The notes under the pieces are model-generated. The model was not told the DNA's origin, did not search any database, and saw nothing but the letters and a program-made list of their open reading frames with translations. A stretch of DNA of 64,000 bases from Trichoplax adhaerens (lineage: Eukaryota; Animalia; Placozoa). This document shows positions 38,491-52,406 of the stretch, in pieces. Location of the stretch: contig NW_002060947.1 in the NCBI RefSeq assembly GCF_000150275.1, positions 4,746,267 through 4,810,266 of the forward strand, given 5' to 3'. A program made the position numbers and the translations under genes. The first letter of the stretch is position 1; every line of letters begins with the position of its first letter.

Positions 38491-41400
38491 TGACAAAGTT
38501 TAATAACGCATAATAGAAGATTAGACCGTGCTGTAATAGCTAACATATTTTCAATAAATCTTAAATTTAATACTTTCAACCTATTATTTTCAGTATGTAT
38601 GCATAGGAGTATATTAAATTATTCCTTAAGCAGCTGCTTGTTTCAAACACAAAAGCGCTCCAAAGAGTAGCTATCTTTAATATTGTATATTAATGGATTG
38701 TCATACAGTACACTCACTTACCTAATAATTAATTTTGCGAAAAGCGACTTTTACTACCTATTCTTTTCTATACATCTCCATATATCAAAACAATGCATAG
38801 GTAAAATTTATACTGAAATTCAAAAGCAACAGCTACTGTAAAGTCGATGACCCTATAAAACTGAATTAGCTTTAGATTTCAATTTAATCAGCTGTTATTC
38901 TACCGGTTGGAGGTTGAAATAAGTGTGTATCCCATCTGATTTAATTACAGCTTAAATTTGATGTAGCCTGCCAGACAACTCCATAAATTATCAAAATAGA
39001 CGCGATCATTCGGTCAGTCTAAGTTATATATTTTGTAGTGAAATGATGAGTAGACTTCTAATATGAGATTGCAGATCTATCGTAGTGTTTTGTGCTAGCA
39101 AAAACGCTAAGGTGCTTGCTAATTGCAATAATCTAAAGATATACTAATTAAACTTGCACGAAAGCAGGATAAATGTGTGCGAGAGAAAACCCTCTTCCAT
39201 ATGTTATCAGTATAAAGGAATGAGATGAAATTAAATAACTTCGATTTGTTTTTATCTATCGGACTTTGAAAGTTATATTATATGATCGATATATTTCATG
39301 AGGTTACTCAATTTCTATTGAATTTAGATTTTAATTTAATCGAATTAGTGACTGATTTTTTGTCAACAATAAACAAGACTTTTGTTGTTATCGTTTTAGT
39401 TTACGTTATTTCTTATTGTTGAGTTAGCCCAAACTTTTATTCTATGAGGAAATAGGGATGATTGCTACGTTATATTCGGTGCCCTGAATCATAGCATGGG
39501 GGGGTAATCAAGCCTATCATTGGAAATAACATTGTTTTAAAGCTTTCTTGCAATCTCATATTTAGCAATATCTTTGTCATTAATTACATATTAATTTATA
39601 ATGTCTATTTCTGTGATTTACGATCCTTGAAGTAGTAGGAACGAACGTTAACATATTCAAGATTACATCGGAAATTCCGAACGTAAATTGAATTAGGCAA
39701 TGTTTTACTTGTTGATGAAATATGATTCTCGAAATCGTTCCAATAAAATTTTATTAAAATTAAAGATTTAGGTACCTTAGTTTGGACTGCACGGTCAGGA
39801 TTATTACGATTTTTTAATTACTATTAAAGCAGAATTGTATATAAAATTGTTTATTACAGTGTTTACTTAGATATTCAAAAATTACTTACTTGCAACACTA
39901 ACAACGAAAATAACGATCATTACTACTATAATTAAGTATTCTACAAAATCGTTTATTATACGATGGGTTCTGAATAGAATCGGATCCACAATAATTATTC
40001 AGAGGCTCACAGATGTTATTGGCACTTTTTGCCTCAAATCAGATGATTCAAGTATTATATTCTAGCTAGATTTTTTTATTCAGTTTGTTAATACTTGTTA
40101 CAGTGCTATGACACTATTGCAGAGATTGGGGTAGAAATATCTATGCTAGGAAAATCTGGTTGACTTGCCGTCCATTTAATCACTTTCTAACTTTGATATA
40201 TGGTGTTTTAATGTAGCACTGAATTTTTGCGAGATAGTGATTTATATACTTATGTGTCTATTTCCATGTGTATTTCATTTGAACAAGAACTGAAGCAAGC
40301 GCAATCGATAGCATTTCTTGTTATAGCTAAGAGATGAAAACTGCTTCGCGTTCCGAATTATCAGTTGCTGAAATACTTTGATTATAGAGCCTTAATGAAT
40401 TCTAAATCCTTCCAATTTCAGAAATAGATTAAAGAAATTATTATAAATCGATCTTGTAATGAATTAATCAATCAAATTCTTAGAATATCTAGTAAGCCTT
40501 TCAGTTTCTAAGAGCAATGAGCTTTAGCTCCGGAGCGAATACGGTGCGATTATTTGTAAACTTTTGTAACGGCAATAAGCTTATCAGTATAACGTTCAAC
40601 ATATTATTATAATGGCAGGCAGAATCTCTGAAAAGATTTAAAATGAAGTGCTGATCCACTCGTTTATTTTAAATGGTTAGAACTTCTAATATTTAGCAAC
40701 CGAAGTGCTGATACTGACTGTAATTATGGGTTAGCCTTTATTCTCATCAAATGTCTCAGTTTATAAAGCATCTATGCCGTAGCGTTCATGATTAGAGCAA
40801 TATGTAACAAGACCCTATCTGAAGCTCTAACATAAAAGTACCATTCACTACTTTAAACTATAAAAAAAAAGAAAAAATTCCATGGAAATATTTTTTGTTG
40901 AATTTATTAAAGCTGTCACATTTCTGGATTCTGTTTAAAAACCTTATCGCAATTGTTACATTTTATTGGTGTGTCTCGCTTGCAAGTCGGTATCCGACAC
41001 AAATTTGATGCCCATTTATAACTGTTCAAATAGTATCATACAAGTATTTATCTAGACATGTTTACGGTAACCGATCTATTACTTCACACTTTTCTCAATT
41101 ACTTTTAACTTATAGTGAAACTGTTGCACTTGTATTTTAGGCGCCTATACAGTCTATCAGCCTTCGTGCTTTAGCTAGACCCTATTCGGATGTTGTTAGC
41201 GAATATAGGATAATACTATGTTTATTTAAAAAAACTACTGTTACGTTTTGATTAGCACCACAATTAAAAGACTACACACGTGCATTCTTTAAAAAGATGT
41301 CAACATAAACTATGGTATCAAAAAATAAGTTTTAGATTATAAGTGCAGTTGAAGGCAACGTTATGATTGTTATCATGTGCAAAGCTCTGAAGGGTTCATA

Positions 41401-41527
41401 ACTCGTAAGCGTAACGGTAGTTCATTTCATATCGGTAAGTTAAATTAGTATTTATAAAAACTCTTTTAAACGCAAAAGTCAATAGCCACGATCATTTATT
41501 TTGTATAGCTTTATTGATCCACTTTAT

Positions 41528-44171
41528 TTACTTGCTGCGTTTACGGCGACGTGAAACTCCATAACATTCAGCAATATGAGAGATATTCTCTGTTTGTTAA
41601 GAAAACATTATAATCTGTTAGTGTCTGGGTTACAATAGGCGAAGAGGAAAGCCTTAATCAACCTAGCGTCTTTTCACGAATTTCTTTTACATAAGAACTC
41701 TCGTTAGTATCCGAGCGATTAGATGGAGAAAGAAATAATTCAAAGTCCGGTCCATATCTATCAAAGAACTAAACAAGACTAGCGTTGGCAATACGAACGA
41801 TTGACATATATTTTAGGCAATTAGCTTGTTAACTTATGTAACCTGATGTTCAGGGATTTGTGTATCCAATTTTTGCTCTAAAATTATAGAAGTTAAATAG
41901 CACCAGCATTTTGCAGTATTTGTAAAGTTATATCCACCTTAACAAAGCAAGGTAAAATTAGTTTTCCTTTACTCTAACAAATTGAGATTAGCGTTTCAAA
42001 TAAGTTTAATCTGACAACATACAAATCTTACCTCCACCCAAACATAATGTAGGTAGATTATAGGATAGAATATCAGAAAGGCATTTGCCTAAGCTTAAGG
42101 AAGTTAAATTAAACGATCGCATCGGGTCTTCTACTAATCCATCAGCACCAAATTGGCATACAACCGCATTCGGTTGAAAAGCTTGCATAACATTCGTAAA
42201 TACCCTTAGTAAAGCAACAAATTACATACTCAGCTCCTGATGTCTAGCTAAGTTACAACCATAATTTCAAGACAGAGTCAATAGTAATTGTGACTAAACT
42301 CACTCATGAAATAAATCTGTGTATTTCTGGTCAGTGATACCATCTTTTAATGGAATATTTAGTGTGTAGTATTGTCCTTTACCTTTGCCAATGGTAGAAA
42401 TTGAACCAGTTCCTATGCATGAACAAGAAAAAATAAAAGAATTAAAAATGTATTCTACAAATTGTATTTTCTACTTTACTCAAGTATGAGGATATTTTCA
42501 GTTGTATTACCTGGAAAGAAACCTGGAGCGTATTTATGAAATGATAAGGTGAAAACTTTATCAGTCATTAAGAATGCATCTTCCACACCTAGCCATACAA
42601 ATTTAAATGAAACATTATTACACATGGCCTGAAAAATAAAGTGATTAAATCTTTTGCAATGTGCATACGTGGATAAGCATTGTATCTTACCATCGCCATG
42701 GTGCAAATCTAGATCGATGTATAAAATCTTGTCGAAAACAGTTTTCAAGTGCAAAACTCCTAGTACAACATCGTTACAATAACAAAATCCAGAAGCCATA
42801 TCCCTATGACATAAATCAAAGCTGTCAACGTCTTCAGGTAACGCTAGTAAATTTGCAATTTTTGTTAATTTCGCAAGCAATTAAGGTTAAGTAGTTCGAA
42901 GAAATAGGTGATAAATTACTATAAGATTAGCTTAAACTTACGCTACCTTTTAGCATGGTGCCACCCACCAAACCAGTTAATAGCAATACTACAACAGCGA
43001 CTAGTTAGCAATCTAGCTGCTGTAATAGTTCCACCAGTTACAAAGGAAGCGTAACTGAATACATCGGGAAAGAGGGGACAGTCATAACCTGCAACAATAT
43101 TCATCGAAAAAACATGAGTCTGTTACAGTAAATGCGAGTTGATGTTATTGTGAGCTCAATCTTAAATTTTTTAAATAGTTTGTCACGCATCACTTAATAT
43201 ATTAATTATCTTCTTACCGAGTCCATATTCTGTCATTTCACTTGTGATCTCATCTTCCATGTCAAAGTTATGACATGCCTGTAGAGTATTTACAAAATCA
43301 CTAGAATGGAAGGCACATATTTCTTCAATACTAGCTGGCTTTGGCCTGGCTACTCTAAATGAAAATTGATTACATTTTACAGCGGTAGTGACTAGCCTAA
43401 CCATAGAGCATGTAATTGGTACAGATGTACTTTAAGTTGTAAAATTGAATTTTAGCATGATTTGGTAACTATTCTTACTTCATTTTATCCACAAGATTGT
43501 AAGCCTGGATTAAGTGATGGACAAGTCTAGCCTATCAAAATTTCGATATCAGTATGGAGTCAGTAACAGGAAAGGAGAAAAGTCGTAATTATGCTTATCT
43601 TATCATTTAGTGCAAACATATTTTTGTAAACTCAGGATTAAAATTTTTAAAAAGTTACGCATGACATCATCTTCTTAGAATTAAATTGTTAACTTCATCA
43701 TCTGTGACAGATTAGAGGAATTATCAAAGCTACTTTGATTACTCGTATAGGTATGGTGTACTAATCTCACTCTGCCTTAATTATTGTCCGAACTGATTAC
43801 CATTCGATATCTTCCTATATTTACAATCATAACTCACTGGCTAGTAAGAAATCATGTAGCACATGATATGTGAACTACTGTTACTATATTTCATTAAAGG
43901 TATTTGGTACAGTTAATTGCAGCACGCTAGATAGTTAAAACAAACTAAGAGCGCGTTTTAGGATTTTACTATCACAGATACAATCTAAGAGACAGCAGGA
44001 CGGTCATCCAGAAAGACTGTAGAATGTTTGATGTGTTTAGCTATGTGAATGATTAATTTCAAACTTATCCTATCTTAGTACCCTATCTTCCAGACGAGGC
44101 ATTTTGCAACATAAGTCCACGTACTCTTCACTATATACATATCCAACTTGCTTTTCGTCACTGGTAGACAT
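41528..44171 (-). CDS. HDAC8: Histone deacetylase 8 (class I HDAC), ~11 coding exons
   Basis: First exon [30 protein letters not shown], then [13 protein letters not shown]. Motifs [53 protein letters not shown] and LGGG|GYN. Last exon ends ...[10 protein letters not shown]-stop. The YxYSxEY and DLDLHHGDG motifs favour HDAC8 over HDAC1/2/3. Confidence 0.92.
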
Positions 44172-47100
44172 TTCTAGACTTGATTGCGGCATCGATAATA
44201 TATATAATTTATAATTAGATGCACATGCTGTATATATCGCATTCAATAAATTTCTATCAAAGCTACTTCTTAGCTTCTGCTACGTAATAATGGAGAAAAC
44301 TATTAGTTGTAAATATTTCAATTAATGATTATTCCGTTGTAGGAAAATATACTATACCAACAAGCAATCTGACTTTGCAACGGAGAACGTAGTACTTTAA
44401 TTTATATATTATTTGTATAAGTTTAGCTCTGGCTGTTGCTGGATACTACATTCTTACATCGCTTTAGTACGTGGTACGTCATTATTGAGTACATATTGCA
44501 CAGGTTGTAATAAAAGTGGCATTGATCAATTTATTATTAATATCAGTAATACATTATGTGAATAATAGCCTACGTCTTATTTTGTTGAATTTACAGTATA
44601 ATGTACCTGAATGAGTGATTTAACTTTGTCGGTGCACTGAAATATGACTACTTGGTTAATAATTAATTACCTGTACTAATTGATGCTGTGACTAATGCCT
44701 ACTAAAGTGCTGTTTTAATAGGATACCAGATACCGTTTTTGGCAAATTCTTAGTCTATTATCGTCAATCTAGATATACATGGGTATTGATATATTATCTT
44801 AATGCCTATACTGTAGTTAGACTATTACATAATAGAATCCGGTTCATAACAAAGTAGTGTTAATCAATAAACGCGTTGTAATGGAGTTCAAGCTGGATAG
44901 CAATTATGATTGTCAGGCAATATGTGAGTATATGCAGTCTTGCAAGATATACGTAAATGTACATAAAATAATTGTGGATTTCTACATTTACCGTTAGTAC
45001 TAAAATTGTACTTATACCTAGGGCAGTACCTCATTAGCTACCAGTAGTATTCGATTGCAAAGGTACTCTTGCATAAACACGCGTTGTCAGTGCTAAAGCG
45101 AATTACGCAGACGTTGAGTCAGACTGGCGAATTAATGCAAGAACAAGCTCGAAAATAAAATCATCATGTAGCATTCCGTAGGATTTAGGCATTTCTTTTC
45201 GTTCTACTAGTGTGTAAGTACTTACCATTCATATATTCGATATTTCTACTTCTCGTCTTAACCATTAATAAGACAGAATGGATTGATATTAAAGTAGGAT
45301 GACATTGCAAACTGCGACGACTCTATAGTTGTAGCCATGAATAGCAAAAACAAATTACAAACATTACTTTCAGGGTCAAATTACTTTTACAAGAGATCAC
45401 TACGATAGTTTGCTGTGCTGTAGAGTACAAGTAAGTATTTGGATGATGTCATATCAGTTCAATAGTAGCTGCATACGTACAGTTATCGATCAAACTGCCA
45501 AAATTGAGCAACCTCGAATTATATAAATGAAATCGATTAAATATAATATAATATAAAATTAGCAGTTACACATTGTAAACAGCTGACAGGTGGGGTGTCC
45601 AGGATAGCTGTAACATTACAGTGTACAGTACTGATACACAGTACCGTACTGTAACACTGTACTGTACACTGTATCCAACGAATCTGTAGTACTAACTTAC
45701 TCAATGGCTCAAGTGTGCAAACCAAAAAGTATGGCGTACTAAATTGTTGCGTCTAGTAGTCCATGCTACATACTATAAGTATAGAAATTTGTAATTGATA
45801 AAGACACTGTACAATGTAGCGTACAAAAGTCTATAATTTGATACAAACATCGTGAACATTTCATGAATATTTCTGGTTGGTTTTGCACAGTATATTATGG
45901 CGTACAGTTATTATCCCTTCCCCAACTTGTTTGCATTTCCGCCATAGAGGCATTCCTGTTATGGTTCTATAGTATACAGTAATGGACTACAAGAAGTACA
46001 CGTTAATATTGACCTGAAATTAGCTTGACAGTTTTGAAGCATGATACAGTAGTAACTAGTAACAGTACGTCAACAAATGGGGACCATTTTATCAAGAGTC
46101 AATTGCAGAATCTCTCTGCTAACGATGATTATAATTAGCTAAAATAAATAAGTCTACAGTAGTACTGTAAGTAGCATCAAGGATCAATATCTGATTCACC
46201 CATAGTTTGTGCTTGCTTAGCTTATTTTTTTTTTTTACCAGAGATGTTTGACAATAGCAAATACCATGGACTACCAAATGCACTATGCAGTAGTCAATGC
46301 AAATACCATTTCAAAAAATGAGTGCTTTATACCTTAATACTGTGTACGTAGTCGTATTTAGTATTTAGTACAGTATCGGTCATATAAATTAGTGATACAA
46401 GTCTTCATTTGAAGAAATTTGTCTTGTCTAGCAACACGGATTGAGGTTGTAATTTCAACTGTTTTACTGTCACTAACAACAAATCGAGATTCGTAGACAG
46501 AGTCACCAGGCGATCTACTGTATTGGAAATTTTATCGTAGTCAGAAGTATAGTTGACTTGTCCTAGACACTAGGTCTTCAAATTACAACGATAGATCTGG
46601 TATGGGAAAGATCCCTAATTATCCTGAACGTTCTACCTAACACATTTAGTATCAGATTTAACCTAGAACATTCGGAATATTGTACAGTATAACTTCTCGA
46701 TTACGTTTATATTACTTTATCAGGTAGCAATAGGTATCTGCTAAACTAGTTCCCAACATCTATATTCGAAAATCTACCACTATATTACGAATTATCGTCA
46801 TATCAAAGCAATATCTATCCACTTAAACTTACAGAGTCTATACTATAAAAATAGATATGTCAGATTACTAGCCCTACCGTATGGTACGTTTTTACTTCGT
46901 ATTTATTAGTCACAGAATCACATAAGAACCGAGATAGCAATCGCCATCACCTAGCTTACAGTAGTCTAAATCTACTTAATTTCATATAATAAAGTACTCA
47001 TGGTAGTTTAATCCCTGATAATGAACTATTGCTCAAAGTAAATGTAGTGCCGTGAGTTTAGTGCTTTAGTCCAATTCTTAATTAAATGTAGAATTTCTAA

Positions 47101-49203
47101 TATGTACTACCGTAGGCTGTAATACTTGCGTAGTTTAATACGATTAGTTGCTCCTGCCCGGCAAAATATGGTAGCGCGTGGAAGCGTGATAATATTACTA
47201 CCATTACTAAATAAGTCGTGCGCTAGGATTTATAAGCGTATGCAACGAGTAGATCGGGAGTTCTTCTTGTTAATAGTTTGTTATAAATACAGTTACGGTT
47301 GGTTTAATAGTTATAAAGCTTAATTTGGGCTTTAAATCCATTTAGTTTGATTTATTATGGACCCTTAAGAATTGACTTCATTACAGTGAAATATTGTATG
47401 TTGTAGTTCAATTTGCATTCTTTAATGCAATTAGCTTTGATAGATTGTTTCATTCCTCTTTTATTTTGACGTTATAATTCACTTAAACAGTCATTGCGTA
47501 TCAGCAAACGCTATTGTAAGGAATTACGCAGATATACTCTGTCCTTGATTGTACCCTTTCACATAAACTATTTATCCTGTTACTGATGTCTATTTCAGTA
47601 CATAATGAAAGTGATGATGAAGAAAAGAATTAGTATTTGATAAATGCTTGGATTCAGTTTCTCGAGTTGGTTCTAACTTTGCTTTAATAAATATATATAT
47701 ATACACATATTTATACATATGTAAATAGTAACAAGACTTACTTCTTAATCACATCGATCGTTATTAATTTGCAATTAAAATGACATATAACTGAAATGTT
47801 GTGCTTTGATAGATTTTATTGCTGCCCGTGATACGTGTACTGTACTATCTACGAGATTTTTTTTTGTATCAAATTACTCCATGACACTCGTAGTATTACT
47901 ATGCTGCTCAAACATTTAATGTTGAGAAAAAAATATAATTTGAAATAAAATCTAGTGTATTTTAGGATATTTGATTAAAAGTTATAATCGAAAATATAGA
48001 AAGATTTCCTCCCATGAATTTAGTGCTGTACGCGCCCATATCATTTAATCAACTGCTCGGTCAATTATGTATAATTCTAGGTTGTTGCAAAAGTCATAGA
48101 TGCTTTTCCGATTTGAAGTCTCAGATTTTATAATGAGCTAGATTTCTGATTACAAATCGATAAGTAAATAGAAGAAGTATCCGTATCAGGTAGAAATGCT
48201 TAATGATCTTGGTTAAATGAAGATTGATGTAACTTCAATATCAAGGCTGCAGTAGTATCTCTCGATGGGTGGATGATATCTGTTTTTAATAATGTCTAAT
48301 TTACATAAGCGTAGGTTCGGTGTAAATTAAATCGATGTGAACGTATTGATTCACTGTCGATTGGTAGCGTTTCTGTCAAGGGCTGTACAAGCCTTTCAAT
48401 GATTAGTTAATTAATAATTATTATTGCAGATGTGTGCATCCTGTTATTGAATTTGAATGAACAATGGCTAAATAGCTGAAATTAGATATTTAGTACTTTA
48501 TTCGAAAGTAATTTAAAAAGTTATAAACGAACTAAAGAGAGAAATTTGCCCAGTGATTTATTCTTGAATCAATTGATAACTAATTTACTATTTCTTAAAT
48601 TGTTCAAATTATTTGCGGTAAGGATTATCGCTTTAGATGTCTAAAAATTCATATAAATAATTTCACTTATAAATAGTAATGATAAGCTTTCACAAGCATT
48701 TTATGAGAAATTGCAAATAAACACTAATAGTATCCATATCTATTTAATTGTTTTAAATATTAATTACAAATTACTTTTATCAAATTTTCCAGATGTACGA
48801 TTAGTCAATACTTGCAATATCATTTCAGTTACAATAGATGTCATATCTAGTTAGTTAAATATTAATACTAGAATATGATTGTTGAAGGCGAAAATGGATA
48901 CTAATTCTTTATTTTTGTATCAGTAACACTAATAATTACTTATTCTTTTCTAATGCGCTGCAGGCATTCGAATTGTGCGTGGTGGAGATGATTTATAAAA
49001 CAGCGAATTAGTTAGAAAGTTATTAATACTTCCTTTAATATTTACGGATTCTATAGTATAAGACTCATTTAGCGGTTTAAAGAGAGAAAGATAGCTCTAA
49101 TGGTTGTACAACTGTGAATTATATTAGTGGTAACAATTCGCTGAATGAGGCAGTAGAAAAACCCTTCAATCAGATAAAATTACTACGATCAGTGTTTCTA
49201 ATC

Positions 49204-50298
49204 ATGGCCAATGCAACGAATGCTATAATTGAACCTCAAGTTGTGGTGACTTATGTTACACTAAGTTTTCATATATTAAGTGGGTTCTTAAATTTTTTCA
49301 TCTTTTATGTCGTTCATAAAAGCGCGAAACTACATTCATCTTCATATGCATTTCTAGCCAATGCCTGTATTTCTGATTTTTTGCTATCTTTCGTTTTTGT
49401 TCTGTTCTTTATTGTGCAAAAAACTGCAACTTTAACTTTTCTAGATACTGATATTCTTTGTAAGCTATTTAACTATATTTCTATATTGTCTTGCGTTGTA
49501 TCTACCTATACATTTACTGCCATTGCAATCGACCGTCATCGATCAATTCACAGCTGTTTGAATAATCAATTTAAAGTTATGAGTGATAAAGAAATATTTG
49601 TTACAATTACAGGTATTTGGATGTCTGCTATTATTTTATCTACTCCACTCTTGCTCTTGTCCGGAACTTACTCTTATGATATTCATTTTTGCGATGTTTT
49701 ACCATCTGAGCCTTTAAACGCGATTTTTTTTACCTTGATGTTTATTATCTTATATTTTTTACCATTACTTGTAATGATAGTAATGTATGTACGCATCTAT
49801 GCAATGAAGAATTATATTCAGCCGTTTCACAGAGAGCATCAAAATCAGCCAATATCTGATCAACAGTCGCTATTATTTATTCGCATGTTGGTGATAATTT
49901 CCAGTGGATTTATGACGCTAATATTGCCAATCTTTTCGTTTTTACTTTTGACAGCATATAGTGGACTGTCGTTGGAGAAATTGCGTCGAGAAAACCTACA
50001 ATTGTATTATCTTGCATGGGTGTTTTATTCTATGGCATTTAGTGTAACATTTGTTAATCCATTGGTATATGTAGCTAGTGATAGAAATATACGTTTTGTG
50101 GTTAAAATTTGCATATTGCAATTGTTGAGATTACCTGTTAGAGAAGAGTTTCTCAGAGAGGCAAAACTAAATCAGACTCTTTCACGCATAAGAACGCGAC
50201 GCGTATCAGCTTTTAATTTGGCCACTCTTACTCCTAATGCGTCTTGGCAAAATTTAAGAAGAAGTGACGAACGTACTCAAACGTCAATAGTAATGTAA
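49204..50298 (+). CDS. Intronless rhodopsin-class (class A) GPCR, orphan, ~364 aa
   Basis: Seven hydrophobic segments, TM2 'NACISD', TM3 Cys and AIAIDRH, TM4 W...P, ECL2 Cys, TM5 YFLPL, TM7 NPLVY. The first ATG at 49204 (MANAT, N-glycosylation sequon) is preferred over the GTG start in the ORF track. Confidence 0.92.
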   Translation: MANATNAIIEPQVVVTYVTLSFHILSGFLNFFIFYVVHKSAKLHSSSYAFLANACISDFLLSFVFVLFFIVQKTATLTFLDTDILCKLFNYISILSCVVSTYTFTAIAIDRHRSIHSCLNNQFKVMSDKEIFVTITGIWMSAIILSTPLLLLSGTYSYDIHFCDVLPSEPLNAIFFTLMFIILYFLPLLVMIVMYVRIYAMKNYIQPFHREHQNQPISDQQSLLFIRMLVIISSGFMTLILPIFSFLLLTAYSGLSLEKLRRENLQLYYLAWVFYSMAFSVTFVNPLVYVASDRNIRFVVKICILQLLRLPVREEFLREAKLNQTLSRIRTRRVSAFNLATLTPNASWQNLRRSDERTQTSIVM

Positions 50299-51954
50299 AT
50301 TGGCGACGGTAAATCGTTTCTGTCAAAATAGATAAACGATATTGGATTGAACTTTGCATTCTAAATTAAATTACTTCGATTTTAAAAAAATTTTATTGAA
50401 AGTTTTCTACGTACTTAATAATGCATTGTAATTATTTGCAATCATTGCTTTCGCTAAAAGTTATTAGCTCGGGTATACGAATTGGTATAACAGAATATGC
50501 GCTTGGACGCCTAATTAACGGTGACCACATAGAATTTGTAAAACTCACATTTTAGATTCAGTCGTAATCGTGCACTTTATATGATGCTAGATGCAAATTA
50601 ATTGTTTGTAAATATTCGTTACTGACCTACCAAATTACAGCGGCATCTCACAATCAATAAAGAATCAACTGATAGCGTGTACAGGAGTCTTTAAAATTTG
50701 AAAAAGCTAAGTTTAAAAATTGAAGGGTTCAGCTATCATTCCATAACTGAAATATAAAACAGAAAATGAATACTAATTGTGTAAATGATTAATTAACAAT
50801 TAATAATGTTGTCATTGACTCTGAAATTAAATGGAGATAAAGGTCCGACCGTACAGAAACCAGTAGTTGATACCGAATTGTACTGAATATGCATTGTAAA
50901 GTGAGTTTTGTTGATAATCATAGGGTTTCCAAAATCAAAAGTAACAATGATAAGACAGCATCTGAAATCTTGCTGATATAGGCAGCTTGCATAGTTCGTA
51001 TCTTTCGGGGATCGGGAGAGGACGAAAGAAATTTCTACTATTAAAATCGTACTAGAAGCAATTTTGGGGAGACGTAACGAGAAAGGTGATGTGGCTCTAT
51101 TATATTGTCTATTTAAGACGTTAGTTGTTTCAACATTAGCATTGATAATTATGGTACTATGGTTATACACATGCAGGATATGCTTTAGCAGTAACATTAA
51201 ATTCCTTGAAGGTGCGAAAAGAGGGTCTGCTCCATTTATTGTTGCCTACCGTACAGCTGATGAGCTGTACTGTAGTTCTATTCTATTCGTAGTAAACGAT
51301 TAGAAATTGTTATGAACTCAACTATAAAACAGATTAGATACTTGACATTTTATTGGAATAATAACTTAATGTTTGATTAACAAGGAAAGCCTTAAATGTT
51401 TCTCCTACCGTATTTATTTTACGTAAGTAGTTCCTAGAGAATTACTTTTAAGTGTAGTTGTAGCTAGTGTAACATGCTGCTACAGAGTGACAGGAAACTG
51501 TCAGTAAGAGCATAGCAGTCAGTCAAGCAAAAAGTACGGCCTAGAGCCTATTGGCTCCGAGGTCCGTAAATTTACCGTACGAGGTACAATAAGGAGATTG
51601 TAATCTATGTACAGTACTATACGTACTTAGAAACCGATTTTTTTGTAATACCATCACGGCCAAACGGAGTTAATGGACATAAAGCATTTTGTGCGAAAAA
51701 GTAAAGTACACGACTTTCAAATTTTAGGCGATGATGCTCGGCTACGCGTGATAACGTTACTTTTGTGTGAATCGATTTTACACGTTTTACCCAGGAAAGC
51801 GCAGTTTACACTGATTAGTCTAGTACTGAACAATAGAATTGAATAGGGCAGGACTACTATAATCTGCGATGGCAGCCTTAACGTCAATGTCAAGATTTAG
51901 CAGTGCAACAGAAATAGTAGCTGGTCATTGATATTGAAGGCAAGCGTTCGAGCA

Positions 51955-52406
51955 AGGGCAACAAGCGCCATGTTGTCTTTGTACAGTGTTGTTGTGAATA
52001 AATAATGTAATATAAAGGTGTCTAGTGTACAGTATTAAGAGCACGGGTTATTCAAAAAAGAAAGACCAAGAATGCTCCTTTTTTAGTACTGGGTTACTAG
52101 GGCAAACAGCGCCATGTTGTCTTTGTACAGTGTCGTTGTGAATAAATAATGTAATATAAGGGTGTCTAGTGTACAGTATTAAGAGCACGGGTTATTGAAG
52201 AAAGAAAGACCAAGAATGCTCCTTTTTTAGTACTGAGTTACTAGGGCAAACAACGCCATGTTGTCTTTGTATAGTGTCGTTGTGAATTAATGCAATATAA
52301 GGGTGTCTACTGTAGTGTACTGTACAGTACAGTATTAAGAGAACGGGTTATTAAAGAAAGACCAAGTACTGTACTGTATGCTCCTTTATTAGTACAGGGT
52401 TACTAG
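51955..52406. repeat. Tandem repeat, 3 x ~144 bp
   Basis: Units start AGGGCAA..GCCATGTTGTCTTTGT at 51955, 52099 and 52243. Confidence 0.95.

Larger units (their letters stand above)
6070..38900. repeat. Mosaic tandem segmental duplication: peptide-gene blocks at ~6.1-10.9, ~15.7-19.7, ~23.6-28.5, ~34.1-38.9 kb; lectin-containing blocks at ~10.9-15.2 and ~29.0-34.1 kb
   Basis: Long colinear similarity visible by eye. 'ttacacgcctgatagaa' recurs near 6455, 16123, 23870 and 34263. The lectin-exon context recurs near 12300 and 30600. Smaller shared pieces lie at ~20830-21230 and ~28540-28930. Boundaries are approximate. Confidence 0.9.

Noticed and set aside
49114-49203. GTG-initiated N-terminal extension of the GPCR
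   Set aside because: Eukaryotic gene. The ATG at 49204 has good context and gives a normal short glycosylated N-terminus.
50793-51303. Overlapping 134-aa (-) and 79-aa (+) ORFs downstream of the GPCR
   Set aside because: No recognisable motifs or consistent splice structure, so probably chance ORFs.
51955-52406. Possible CRISPR-like array
   Set aside because: Whole 144-bp units are repeated without unique spacers, the context is eukaryotic, and there are no cas genes.
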